The translations under genes were made by a program, and so were the position numbers. A stretch of DNA of 64,000 nt from an uncultured Christensenellaceae bacterium (GTDB taxonomy: Bacteria; Bacillota; Clostridia; Christensenellales; UBA3700). The notes under the pieces were generated by a model. That model saw only the letters and a program-made list of their open reading frames with translations, made no database searches and was not told the origin of the DNA. The DNA is taken from assembly GCA_944383895.1 (NCBI GenBank), contig CALWRH010000001.1, forward strand, positions 121,199 through 185,198, in the 5' to 3' direction. Of this stretch, positions 33,776 through 42,435 are shown piece after piece. Within the stretch, counting starts at the first letter, position 1, and each line of letters begins with the position of its first letter.

Positions 33776-34955
33776 TTGAAGAATCTATCTGCCAATCTCC
33801 GACGAGATTCATCAGAGAAAGCAATGCTCCTTTGTGCTTTATCTCATTTATAGTAATGATTTTTCTCGTAAAAATCAAGCGATTGTCGTCATATACGTTC
33901 AAAGTTCCTACTACATCTCCGGCTTTAAGATACTCGGGATATCTCTCAAGAGGTTCGAACTTATAAGTGAAATTCTCTCTTTCTCCTCTCTTGATCGGAT
34001 AATATATATCTTTTTCAAGCCTTAATTCTATATTTTCGCCTCCGATTGAAAAATCTTCGAGATTTTCTGACGAATCGCCGATTTTATAATAAATATAATC
34101 GTTGAATGCTTCGGATAGCAGACTCTTGGTCTTGTTCCACATATCGGAGCAATTGATAACGACGCTGACAAGCTGCATGCCGTTTCTTTCAGCCGCGCCG
34201 ACAAAACATCTGCCCGAATCTGTCGTATAACCTGTCTTTACGCCGTTTGCACCGCTGAAAGACGAAAGAAGTTTGTTTTTATTGTAAAACGATCTTGACT
34301 CTAAGCAGTCGTTGCCTTCTACATAGTGAGATTTACTCGAAACGATCTTTGCAAAGAGGGGGTTCTTGAGAGCGTACGAAGTTATGCATGCAAGATCGTG
34401 AGCTGAAGTATAATGGTTTTCAGAGTGCAATCCGTGAGGATTATCAAAATTAGTGTTTTCAATTCCGAGCTTGCTTGCAAAATTATTCATCATATCAACG
34501 AACCTGTCCATGCTACCACCGACAGAAATTGCGATAGCGGTAGCGGCATCGTTTCCCGACTGGAGCATAAGACCGTACAGAAGATCTTCGAGTTTCCACT
34601 TTTCCCCTACCTTGAGATATATGGATGACCCCTCTATTCCTACCATATCGTCGGTTATCTCAACAACAGTGTCTGGCGATGCGTTTTCTATTGCAACGAT
34701 AGCCGTAGCGATCTTGGTCGTACTTGCCATTTCGAGCCTCATATCTTTGTTGTATGAAGACAGCACTCTGCCGCTTTCTGCGTCTATAACTATATGCGAT
34801 GAACCACTCTGAATAGCATAAGTTTGAGGTGTATAAAGCCATATTGCGGCTAATAGAATAATTATTGTTACAAAAATCAAGCTAATTGATAATAATTTTT
34901 TGCTTATTTTTTGTGTTTGAAAAGATTCATCGCGGCAGAAATCAAGTTTTCCCAT
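33714..34955 (-). CDS. D-alanyl-D-alanine carboxypeptidase (peptidase S11, DacB/DacF-like)
   Basis: 413 aa with SxxK (ASTTKI), SxN (SGND) and KTG (KTGYT). The ORF overlaps ytfJ by 52 nt at its 5' end and rluB by 62 nt at its 3' end, so the start is uncertain. Confidence 0.85.
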   Translation of the reverse strand: MGKLDFCRDESFQTQKISKKLLSISLIFVTIIILLAAIWLYTPQTYAIQSGSSHIVIDAESGRVLSSYNKDMRLEMASTTKIATAIVAIENASPDTVVEITDDMVGIEGSSIYLKVGEKWKLEDLLYGLMLQSGNDAATAIAISVGGSMDRFVDMMNNFASKLGIENTNFDNPHGLHSENHYTSAHDLACITSYALKNPLFAKIVSSKSHYVEGNDCLESRSFYNKNKLLSSFSGANGVKTGYTTDSGRCFVGAAERNGMQLVSVVINCSDMWNKTKSLLSEAFNDYIYYKIGDSSENLEDFSIGGENIELRLEKDIYYPIKRGERENFTYKFEPLERYPEYLKAGDVVGTLNVYDDNRLIFTRKIITINEIKHKGALLSLMNLVGDWQIDSSNGEIEQIFGVVRSGVAPRCG

Positions 34956-35266
34956 TTGCCTTCACTCTCCTTTTTATCGATTTTTATCAGATTCGTATCG
35001 TCTTTATCGCACACGAGAAAGCCTATCGGAGTAATGTTTATTCCGCCTCCGCCGCCTCCCGCAAACGGAAACACAAAAGAGCTTTTCCCTTCTCCTCCGC
35101 CATACTGGCCTCCGCCCGTTACGAATCCTACCGTCACCTTGGATATCGGTATCACAACGTTGCCCTCAGGCATCATGATCGGTTTGCCTACAATATTTTC
35201 GCTGTCCATCATGCTCTTTATGTTATCCATTGTAACGTTTATGAGTTCGTTCATTTCACCTTCCAT
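34904..35266 (-). CDS. ytfJ: sporulation protein YtfJ (GerW family)
   Basis: 120 aa. VGKPIMMPEGNVVIPISKVTVGFVTGGG...FAGGGGGGI is the YtfJ signature. Confidence 0.88.
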   Translation of the reverse strand: MEGEMNELINVTMDNIKSMMDSENIVGKPIMMPEGNVVIPISKVTVGFVTGGGQYGGGEGKSSFVFPFAGGGGGGINITPIGFLVCDKDDTNLIKIDKKESEGKWENLISAAMNLFKHKK

Positions 35267-35386
35267 ACAGCGATATTCTCCTTTTATAATTTGTGAATAT
35301 TATCACACATGAATTATAATTGATTTTGCGATAATTTTTGCTTAGTTTTCTTTGTACGTCCATGCTCTTTCTTTATCAAGCTGCGG

Positions 35387-36067
35387 TCAATCACTGTTCT
35401 GCGCGACTCTTTTCAATTTCTTTATCAGCCCGAATCTCAGCGATAAAATCGCAAACAAAAGTTTTGCAAGACCTGCGCCCGTCGCTATATCAAGCGTCAG
35501 CACAGTGTTTCTGAATCTGAAATTGGGATAAACCGCAATATCAGATTTTTTACATTTGATTTTTTCTTCGCAAGCCAATGCAAGTATGCCAAGCAGTGTC
35601 GCACAAGACGTTGAGATCAACGACGTCGACATGCTGTTTCCCGTACCTATTGTCAAATACGCTTTTATATCTTTGAAATAAAGCGACGGCGCATCCGATA
35701 TCCAACTGCCGAATATGCCTATTATTTCCGTCGTCCTTGCGGCAAAATTCGCTTTTCCCTTATCGGAATCGTTTTGTCTGATATTCGTTTCCTCTTCTGC
35801 ATTTACGCTGTTCGTCTTATATTCACGCTTTTCTTTTATTTCAATCTTTTTCAATTCTTTTGAATTGATCTGATGATAGAATTCTCCTCCGCACTCAAAC
35901 AGTTTGTACTTTAACGCATGAACGTTGCCGAACACGAACGCGTCTGCAATAAACGTGCCGGTATTTAAGTCGAAATACGCCTTTAGTCTTACGCCTCTAA
36001 GCATAAACACGGCAAATACGATTACCAATACAAATAAAACCGTCAAGGCAATTACAGATAAAATCAT
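35387..36067 (-). CDS. DUF2953/YtfI-like sporulation membrane protein
   Basis: 226 aa with an N-terminal TM helix, located directly upstream of ytfJ as in the Bacillus ytfI-ytfJ pair. The call is based mainly on synteny. Confidence 0.5.
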   Translation of the reverse strand: MILSVIALTVLFVLVIVFAVFMLRGVRLKAYFDLNTGTFIADAFVFGNVHALKYKLFECGGEFYHQINSKELKKIEIKEKREYKTNSVNAEEETNIRQNDSDKGKANFAARTTEIIGIFGSWISDAPSLYFKDIKAYLTIGTGNSMSTSLISTSCATLLGILALACEEKIKCKKSDIAVYPNFRFRNTVLTLDIATGAGLAKLLFAILSLRFGLIKKLKRVAQNSD

Positions 36068-36121
36068 ATATCTATCGTGCGCTTATCGGTCGTTTTTATG
36101 TAATTAAAGCTAAGATGCAAT

Positions 36122-36152
36122 AAAAAAAGAACCGAACGCTTTCGTTCAGTCC
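36122..36152 (-). terminator. rho-independent terminator of the LysR-linked redox operon
   Basis: Minus strand: GGACUGAACG-AAAG-CGUUCGGUUC (10 bp including G-U pairs) followed by U7. Confidence 0.8.
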
Positions 36153-36177
36153 GTTTTACGGATATATCGTCTATTGA

Positions 36178-36684
36178 TCAGTTATTTGTATTTTCAGCCG
36201 CACTGATAGTCAGCTTTACGCTGCCGCTACCGAGAGCATTTGCAAGTCCTGCAGTGTTTTGTATCTTACCCAATCTCGTATAGCTGTAAGAAGTTGAAAA
36301 TCCTTCGTAAAAAATAACAAGACAATTATCTCCCCACAGCATTATATCGCCTGCCTCAATACAGTCAACCCGCGATGGATTCACGGGAAACGTGTCGGCA
36401 AAATTGTAATATTTTTCATGCGCCATAGCACTCATGCTGAGCTTTAGCGGCAACATACCGTACAATTTTCTCGCAGACGCGTTATCGTACAGACATGCAC
36501 TAAAAACCGTATTGTTTACCGTGATCAGTATTTCCATATCTCCGTCCGCCTGTTCGTTTCCTGTTTCAGCACCCGTTCCGTCTTTGCCTGTATTATCCAC
36601 TGAATTGCCATTATAGCCGCATGCAGACAAGACAACGAGCGCAACGAGCATTGCCAATATCGGTAAAAGTACCTTCTTATTCAT
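36178..36684 (-). CDS. cyclophilin-like-fold protein with lipoprotein signal
   Basis: 168 aa with the lipobox VVLSAC. The body pattern (...F.A.LYDN..A..L...LPL...M.....EKY......P.......I..GDIMLWG.N.LVIFY) matches my memory of the 'cyclophilin-like fold protein' family. Its start overlaps the ADH stop by 8 nt. Confidence 0.6.
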   Translation of the reverse strand: MNKKVLLPILAMLVALVVLSACGYNGNSVDNTGKDGTGAETGNEQADGDMEILITVNNTVFSACLYDNASARKLYGMLPLKLSMSAMAHEKYYNFADTFPVNPSRVDCIEAGDIMLWGDNCLVIFYEGFSTSYSYTRLGKIQNTAGLANALGSGSVKLTISAAENTNN

Positions 36685-37852
36685 AGTTAAGGCTGTCTTC
36701 GAGCACTTTTATTACGTCGTTGCGAGTCAGCACTTTGTAGCCGCCTTGCATTATCAGCGTACTGTCGGCAATTGCTCCGAGCATATCTTTCTTTACTCCG
36801 AGATCTTTCGCACTCATTACGAGTTTTATCTCTTTCATCCAGACTTCCATAGCCTTAAGACCTTCAAGCGCAACCTCTTTATCTGGCTTGCCTCGGAGCG
36901 AAATTCCCCAGACGTTTACAGCAAACCTTTTGAATTTATCAATCCCGTAAGGCATAATCATTTTATAATAAGGCAAAGACACAGCAGCGAGAGTCATACC
37001 GTGAGTCGCGTTTGTATGCGCGCCTATCGCCTGACCTATCATATGTACTTCCCAATCCGTATCCTTTCCCATGGCTACAAGCGTATTGAGCGCCCACGTC
37101 GCAGTCCACATTATATTGCTTCTCGCTTCGTAATCATGAGGATTTTTAACGGCAATCCTTGAGCTGTGTATCAGAGAGCGCATGAGTCCTTCCATTATAT
37201 AGTCCGACGTATTGTCGTCGCTACCCGAAAAATACTGTTCCATGATATGCGACATTATATCGAAAAATCCCGCAGTCATCTGATATTCAGGAAGCGTAAA
37301 GGTATATTCGGGATTAAGTATCGCAAATTTCGGAAAAACTTCTTCTCCGAACACCTGACCGACTTTCATTTTCTTTTCGGTATTTGTTATAACAGAGCCG
37401 CCGTTCATCTCGCTGCCCGTGCCTACCATTGTCAGCACGCAACCTACGGGGATTATCTTGCAATCGGGCTCTTCGAAACGCTCGTAATACTTTTCCCAGA
37501 CATCTTCTTTACAATATGCTGACACAGAAACGCCTTTGCTGTAATCGCATACAGAACCGCCTCCGACAGCAAGTATAAGATCGGCTCCGAATTCTCTTGC
37601 GACTTTTGCGCCTTCGAGCAGTTTTGCATAAGTCGGATTGGGCATAACTCCCGAAACCTCTGCGATTTCTTTGCCGCACTTTCTGAGTATTGCTATAACG
37701 TCGTCGTATATCCCGTTTTTCTTTATAGAACCTCCGCCGTATACGAGCAATACTTTTTTGCCGTATTTTGCAAGCTCGGTTTCAAGTCCTCCGAGCGCAT
37801 TTTTGCCAAAATAAAGTTTTGTCGGATTACAATACGAAAAATCTCCAAGCAT
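36677..37852 (-). CDS. iron-containing alcohol dehydrogenase (butanol dehydrogenase/YqhD-like)
   Basis: 391 aa with GGGS..D..K and the His-rich metal site (H..EH/..HG) layout typical of the Fe-ADH family. Confidence 0.9.
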   Translation of the reverse strand: MLGDFSYCNPTKLYFGKNALGGLETELAKYGKKVLLVYGGGSIKKNGIYDDVIAILRKCGKEIAEVSGVMPNPTYAKLLEGAKVAREFGADLILAVGGGSVCDYSKGVSVSAYCKEDVWEKYYERFEEPDCKIIPVGCVLTMVGTGSEMNGGSVITNTEKKMKVGQVFGEEVFPKFAILNPEYTFTLPEYQMTAGFFDIMSHIMEQYFSGSDDNTSDYIMEGLMRSLIHSSRIAVKNPHDYEARSNIMWTATWALNTLVAMGKDTDWEVHMIGQAIGAHTNATHGMTLAAVSLPYYKMIMPYGIDKFKRFAVNVWGISLRGKPDKEVALEGLKAMEVWMKEIKLVMSAKDLGVKKDMLGAIADSTLIMQGGYKVLTRNDVIKVLEDSLNYE

Positions 37853-37864
37853 AATTATTTCTCC

Positions 37865-38404
37865 TTATATTTTTCTGCCAAGCTCATATGCCTTTTTCGG
37901 CGCATCGGTATTTCTGACGTCGCCGACATCGGTAACGTTACCGCACAGTACGCTCCCTGCAAGTTTTACGCCTTCAAAGCAATCTATCCAACCTTGGACA
38001 CACTTTCTCGTGCCGTCAAATGCAGAAATATCGTCATCGGCGCACGTCGCGATAAGATATACGTCTTTGAACGTATTTTTTCTGACGTAAAGCGGATTGA
38101 GTCTGTCGAGAAAAGTCTTGAGCTGTCCGCTTACACAGTAATAATAAACAGGCGTAGCAAATACGAGAACGTCAGCGTTCTGCACGGTATCGAGGATTTT
38201 GTTTATTCCGTCGTTGATTATACATCTTTCATGGCTCTGACAGTACAGACAACCTTTGCAGAACTCCATACCGATATCTTTGATTTCTATGACGGACGCC
38301 TTATTGCCTCCGTCTTCTACTCCTCTTGCAAATTCGCGCGCAAGCGTATCCGAATTGCCGTTTATTCTGGGCGAAGAACTGATTATAACTACATTTTTGC
38401 TCAT
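37865..38404 (-). CDS. flavodoxin-like NAD(P)H-dependent FMN reductase / iron-sulfur flavoprotein type
   Basis: 179 aa with the N-terminus VVIISSSPR.NGNS and a compact Cys cluster CKGCLYCQSHERC. Confidence 0.8.
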   Translation of the reverse strand: MSKNVVIISSSPRINGNSDTLAREFARGVEDGGNKASVIEIKDIGMEFCKGCLYCQSHERCIINDGINKILDTVQNADVLVFATPVYYYCVSGQLKTFLDRLNPLYVRKNTFKDVYLIATCADDDISAFDGTRKCVQGWIDCFEGVKLAGSVLCGNVTDVGDVRNTDAPKKAYELGRKI

Positions 38405-38405
38405 T

Positions 38406-38978
38406 TTATACCTCTTTTATATCTTTTATTTTACGCGCAGGAACTCCCGCGACCACCGTGTCTTTTTCTACGTCTTTTGCAACGACTGCTCCCGCCGCTA
38501 TAACCGCATTGTCGCCTATCGTCACGCCCGGCAATATTGTCGCATGCGCTCCTATCCATACGTTTTTGCCTATCTTTACGGGTTTAGGTATCATATCCGC
38601 TCTCTTTGACGGATCCATAACATGATTGAGCGTAGCAATGACTACCTGATGTCCGATAAGACTTCCGTCACCTATCTCTATACCTGCGTGATCCTGAAAA
38701 CAACACCCCGAATTGATAAACACGTTTTTCCCCAATTTTATATTGATACCGCACTCAGTATAAAAAGGCGGAAAGCACCTGAAAGACGAATCCACGTCCG
38801 TGTCTGTCAATTCGGAGAAAATAGCAACTATATCGCTAGGCGCGTATACGCCGTTATTTAGTTTTGCAACTATTTTTTGCGCCCTTTCGGAAAGCTCGTG
38901 CATTTTAATATGAGCGTCGCTTCCCGCAGGGATATGATCTGTGTTTTCTATATAACCGATAAATTGTTTATTATCCAT
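38406..38978 (-). CDS. sugar O-acetyltransferase, hexapeptide-repeat family (second copy in window)
   Basis: 190 aa with hexapeptide repeats (NVWIGAHATILPGVTIGDNAVIAAGAVV). It is the first gene of the operon divergent from lysR. Confidence 0.85.
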   Translation of the reverse strand: MDNKQFIGYIENTDHIPAGSDAHIKMHELSERAQKIVAKLNNGVYAPSDIVAIFSELTDTDVDSSFRCFPPFYTECGINIKLGKNVFINSGCCFQDHAGIEIGDGSLIGHQVVIATLNHVMDPSKRADMIPKPVKIGKNVWIGAHATILPGVTIGDNAVIAAGAVVAKDVEKDTVVAGVPARKIKDIKEV

Positions 38979-39052
38979 AATATCTGCCTCAACTTTATTA
39001 TATTTCGCGGTTGTAGCTATGTCAAATACCTATATTTTATAGATTGCCATAA

Positions 39053-39081
39053 TTGACAAGCATATCAAAACGGCATATGAT
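39053..39081 (+). promoter_or_regulatory. candidate sigma-A promoter of the LysR gene (TTGACA-17-TATGAT)
   Basis: The hexamers lie in the 135-bp divergent intergenic region. A nearby TTAT-N8-ATAA dyad (about 39037-39052) is a possible LysR T-N11-A type site. Confidence 0.5.
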
Positions 39082-39113
39082 ATAAACATAAAACTTTATT
39101 TAAGGTACTGAAT

Positions 39114-39998
39114 ATGGAAATACGGGAACTCAACTATTTTATCGCCGTCGCCGAGTGCGGCAGCATATCAAAAGCGGCTCAAAAACTCTTTATTACACAG
39201 CCCAATCTGTCGCGACAGCTGCAAAAACTCGAAGAAGAACTCGGACAAAAGTTGCTGATACGCAGCAATAAAAGCACAGAACTGTCCGACGCAGGCAAAC
39301 TACTCTACAAACGCGCTAAGGAAATAACCGAGCTTGCAAGCAAAACACGCGAGGAGATATCATCAGACAGCGGAGAGCTTGTCGGCACTGTAAGCATTGG
39401 CGGCGGAGAATCGTATGCCGTAGAACTTATTGCAAGAGCCGCTAAAGAAACGATAAGCTATCACCCGGGCATAAAGTTCGACTTCTTCAGCGGAGATACA
39501 GACGCGGTAACAGATAAACTCGACAAAGGTCTTATAGACTTCGGCATCCTTATCGAACCCTCGGATCTGACTAAATATAACTCGTTAAGACTTCCCTTGA
39601 AGGACACCTGGGGTATTCTTGCAAGAAAAGACTCTCCCGTTGCATACAGATCCTGCGTCACCCCGAAAGATCTGAAAGATCTGCCTCTTATCTTCTCCGT
39701 TCACTCCTTCAAGAAAAACGCAATAACCGAGTGGTTCGGCATAAGCCCGGAAAAACTCAATGTAGTCGCGACGTACAATCTGCTTTACAACGCGTCGCTT
39801 ATGGTAAAACAAGGCATCGGATACGCGGTAGGACTCGACAAAATAGTCGGTACGTCTTCGGACTCGGGTCTGAAATTTATTCCTTTCGAACCAAAACTCG
39901 AAACGCACCTTGACGTTGCGTGGAAAAAATCCACGGTACTGTCAAGGACTTCGGAAACTTTTTTGAAATATCTGAAAAACACGCTTGCCGAATATTGA
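39114..39998 (+). CDS. LysR-family transcriptional regulator
   Basis: 294 aa. MEIRELNYFIAVAECGSISKAAQKLFITQPNLSRQLQKLEEELG is the canonical LysR HTH, followed by a substrate-binding domain. Confidence 0.93.
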   Translation: MEIRELNYFIAVAECGSISKAAQKLFITQPNLSRQLQKLEEELGQKLLIRSNKSTELSDAGKLLYKRAKEITELASKTREEISSDSGELVGTVSIGGGESYAVELIARAAKETISYHPGIKFDFFSGDTDAVTDKLDKGLIDFGILIEPSDLTKYNSLRLPLKDTWGILARKDSPVAYRSCVTPKDLKDLPLIFSVHSFKKNAITEWFGISPEKLNVVATYNLLYNASLMVKQGIGYAVGLDKIVGTSSDSGLKFIPFEPKLETHLDVAWKKSTVLSRTSETFLKYLKNTLAEY

Positions 39999-40006
39999 AA
40001 TCTGAT

Positions 40007-40037
40007 AAAAAAGGACGGGGAAAACCCGTCCTTTTTT
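40007..40037. terminator. bidirectional terminator (A6-GGACGGG-GAAAA-CCCGTCC-T6)
   Basis: It lies between the convergent lysR-family and scpB genes. Confidence 0.85.
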
Positions 40038-40057
40038 GTAATGTTCATAAAATATCC

Positions 40058-40900
40058 TTATTCCTCGTCATCGTCCTGAAAAGCGACCTCTTCTTCGGCA
40101 ACCGCATCTTGTATATCCTCGTCGTCTTCGTCATCCTCGTCTTTTGATGCAGCGGCGTTTTGATAATCGTCGTCGCCTTCAACGAAAGAAATTTCCTCGC
40201 CTTCGAGAAAATCGGGGCTTTCGTTCGGGTCGATAAACTCGTCGAGTTCTCTTGCCATACGCTGACGTTCAAGCTCTCTCTGCTTTGCCTTTTCTTCTGC
40301 CTCTTCGAAACTGTCTGCAATGTCGACGTCGCGGTACAATCCTTCGCTCGGACGGTTGTAATTGCCGAATACGACAAGTCTTTCGAGAATTTCTTTGTAA
40401 TCGGGCAACTCGTCGAGATTGCGCAGTCCGAAACGCTTGAGAAACTGATCGGTCGTGATATAAAGCATAGGTCTGCCCGGAGTATCGCGCCTGCCGTGAG
40501 CCTCTATAAGTCCGACTCTGAGCAGCGTGGTTATCGCATAGTCCGCACTTCTGCCTCCTCTTATATCTTCTATCTCGCCTCTCGTAACGGGCTGTTTATA
40601 AGCGATAATTGCCATTACTTCGAGCAATGCTTTTGACAATTCCCTTTCCTTTACGGGTTTGAGCGCAGCGGCGACTATTTCTCCGTATTCTTTATTTGAC
40701 GCAAACTGAACTTTGTCGCCGATACAAAGAAGTACTATTCCGCACGGATCCTGATATTTCTGTTCCAAGCCTTTTATCGCGTCATTGAGCTCTTTTCTCG
40801 TCACCTCAGGCGGTAATTTGCTCAGAATATCCGAACGTTTGATAGGAACGCCTGCCGCAAAAATCACGGCTTCGACTATATGTATAAGATTGTCAATCAT
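40058..40900 (-). CDS. scpB: segregation and condensation protein B with long acidic C-terminal extension
   Basis: The first roughly 185 aa are ScpB winged-helix repeats (VEAVIFAAG.PI; YKQPVTRGEIEDIRG). About 95 further residues are rich in D/E. Its start overlaps the scpA stop. Confidence 0.9.
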   Translation of the reverse strand: MIDNLIHIVEAVIFAAGVPIKRSDILSKLPPEVTRKELNDAIKGLEQKYQDPCGIVLLCIGDKVQFASNKEYGEIVAAALKPVKERELSKALLEVMAIIAYKQPVTRGEIEDIRGGRSADYAITTLLRVGLIEAHGRRDTPGRPMLYITTDQFLKRFGLRNLDELPDYKEILERLVVFGNYNRPSEGLYRDVDIADSFEEAEEKAKQRELERQRMARELDEFIDPNESPDFLEGEEISFVEGDDDYQNAAASKDEDDEDDEDIQDAVAEEEVAFQDDDEE

Positions 40901-41696
40901 ATTTATCCTCCGTCTTGGTCAACTCTCCGAGATCGAGCGGCTTGCCGTCTACGTCCTCGTTTATCGTAAGTACGATGTCTTCGCAAAAATTCTCCTGAGT
41001 CGCCGTCAGATACTGTTTTTTCATAAGCTCGAGCAGTGCCTGAAATGTCGTGATTATCTCCACTCTCGACGCGTCTTTTTTATAAAGATCCGAAAATTTT
41101 ACCGATTTTTTCTCCTGCAATACGCTGGATATAAGAGATATTTTTTCGCTTACAGTGAATTTGTCCTTTTTTATCTTTTTTATAGCGAGTTTCTGCTCTT
41201 CTTTCGTAAAGCGCAGGAATACCTGACCGTACGAATCAATAAGCTTGTTGAGATCGAAACTCTTTATTACGATATCCGCGTCCTCGTCGGTGTACATAGG
41301 CTCTCTGTAATATTGGTTGAGAACCTCTATCCGCGCCATCTTGTCCGCCTGATCTTTGAACATCGTATACAATATCAGCTGACGTCTGAGCTCTTCTTCC
41401 GGATCGTATTCTTCGTCCTCTTCGTCGTAAGTTTCTTCCTGCGGCAGCAATGCTCTCGATTTGATCTGCAACAGCGTTGCAGCCATTACGAGAAAGTCGC
41501 TTGCAAGATCCATGTCGACTGTGTCTATCTGCTCCATGTATTCCATGTATTGCTGTGTAACGTCGGAAATGCGGCATGTCATTATGTCGAGTTTCTGCTC
41601 GCTTATAAGAGTGCACAAAAGATCAAGCGAACCTTCGAAGTCCGCCAGCTTGAGTTTCAGAACGTCGCTTGCATGATACTCGTAAAATCCTGCCAT
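40893..41696 (-). CDS. scpA: segregation and condensation protein A (kleisin)
   Basis: 267 aa. FEGSLDLLCTLI...KLDI....I..VT.QY is the ScpA N-terminus. It lies upstream of scpB. Confidence 0.9.
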   Translation of the reverse strand: MAGFYEYHASDVLKLKLADFEGSLDLLCTLISEQKLDIMTCRISDVTQQYMEYMEQIDTVDMDLASDFLVMAATLLQIKSRALLPQEETYDEEDEEYDPEEELRRQLILYTMFKDQADKMARIEVLNQYYREPMYTDEDADIVIKSFDLNKLIDSYGQVFLRFTKEEQKLAIKKIKKDKFTVSEKISLISSVLQEKKSVKFSDLYKKDASRVEIITTFQALLELMKKQYLTATQENFCEDIVLTINEDVDGKPLDLGELTKTEDKYD

Positions 41697-41706
41697 TTTT
41701 ACCTCA

Positions 41707-42435
41707 CTATAATCCGAATATCGCGTTGAAAATCGAATTCAGCATACTGACTATCGCGTTCATGTAAAGTCCGAGCACGTCGAGATACGGAGAAATGTAA
41801 CCGAGTACCGTACTGAGAACGAGCAATCCGAGCAACAGAAAAGAACCGTATCTGTAATTGAACGCAACGTATCTGTTGTCGGGTTTCGCAAGCGTTTCTA
41901 TAAGTCTGAAACCGTCAAGAGGATAAACAGGTATCAGGTTGAACGCCATAAGAGTCAGATTTATAAGAACGATATATTGCAGAAGATACGCAAAGTAATA
42001 AAACGCATAGTATCCCGCAGAATATATCTCCATATTCGCTATCGCGCCCTTTGTTGCAAAAAGATACAGCGCAAACAGACCCGTCGCAACGAACGCTATA
42101 AGAAAATTGCATATAACGCCCGCTATCGAAACGGTTATCATGCCCTTTTTGTATTCTCTGAAACGCGTCGGATTTATCGGCACCGGTTTTGCCCAGCCGA
42201 AACCTACTACCGCAAGCATCAAAAATCCTATCGGATCGAAATGTTTGACAGGATTTACATTGAGTCTTCCCGCAAGTTTTGCGGTATCGTCCCCGTTCCA
42301 ATAAGCAACGATGCCGTGAGCAAATTCGTGCATCACGATCGCTATAAGCAATGCGGGCAGATATGCGAGTATTGAAATAAATACAAGCCTTTTATCGTCT
42401 GCTACGGCAAGTTGTCTGATAAGAGAAATCAGCAT
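41707..42435 (-). CDS. site-2 protease family (peptidase M50) membrane protein
   Basis: 242-aa polytopic protein with the HEFAHG zinc motif and the downstream NLIPVYPLDG motif. Confidence 0.88.
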   Translation of the reverse strand: MLISLIRQLAVADDKRLVFISILAYLPALLIAIVMHEFAHGIVAYWNGDDTAKLAGRLNVNPVKHFDPIGFLMLAVVGFGWAKPVPINPTRFREYKKGMITVSIAGVICNFLIAFVATGLFALYLFATKGAIANMEIYSAGYYAFYYFAYLLQYIVLINLTLMAFNLIPVYPLDGFRLIETLAKPDNRYVAFNYRYGSFLLLGLLVLSTVLGYISPYLDVLGLYMNAIVSMLNSIFNAIFGL

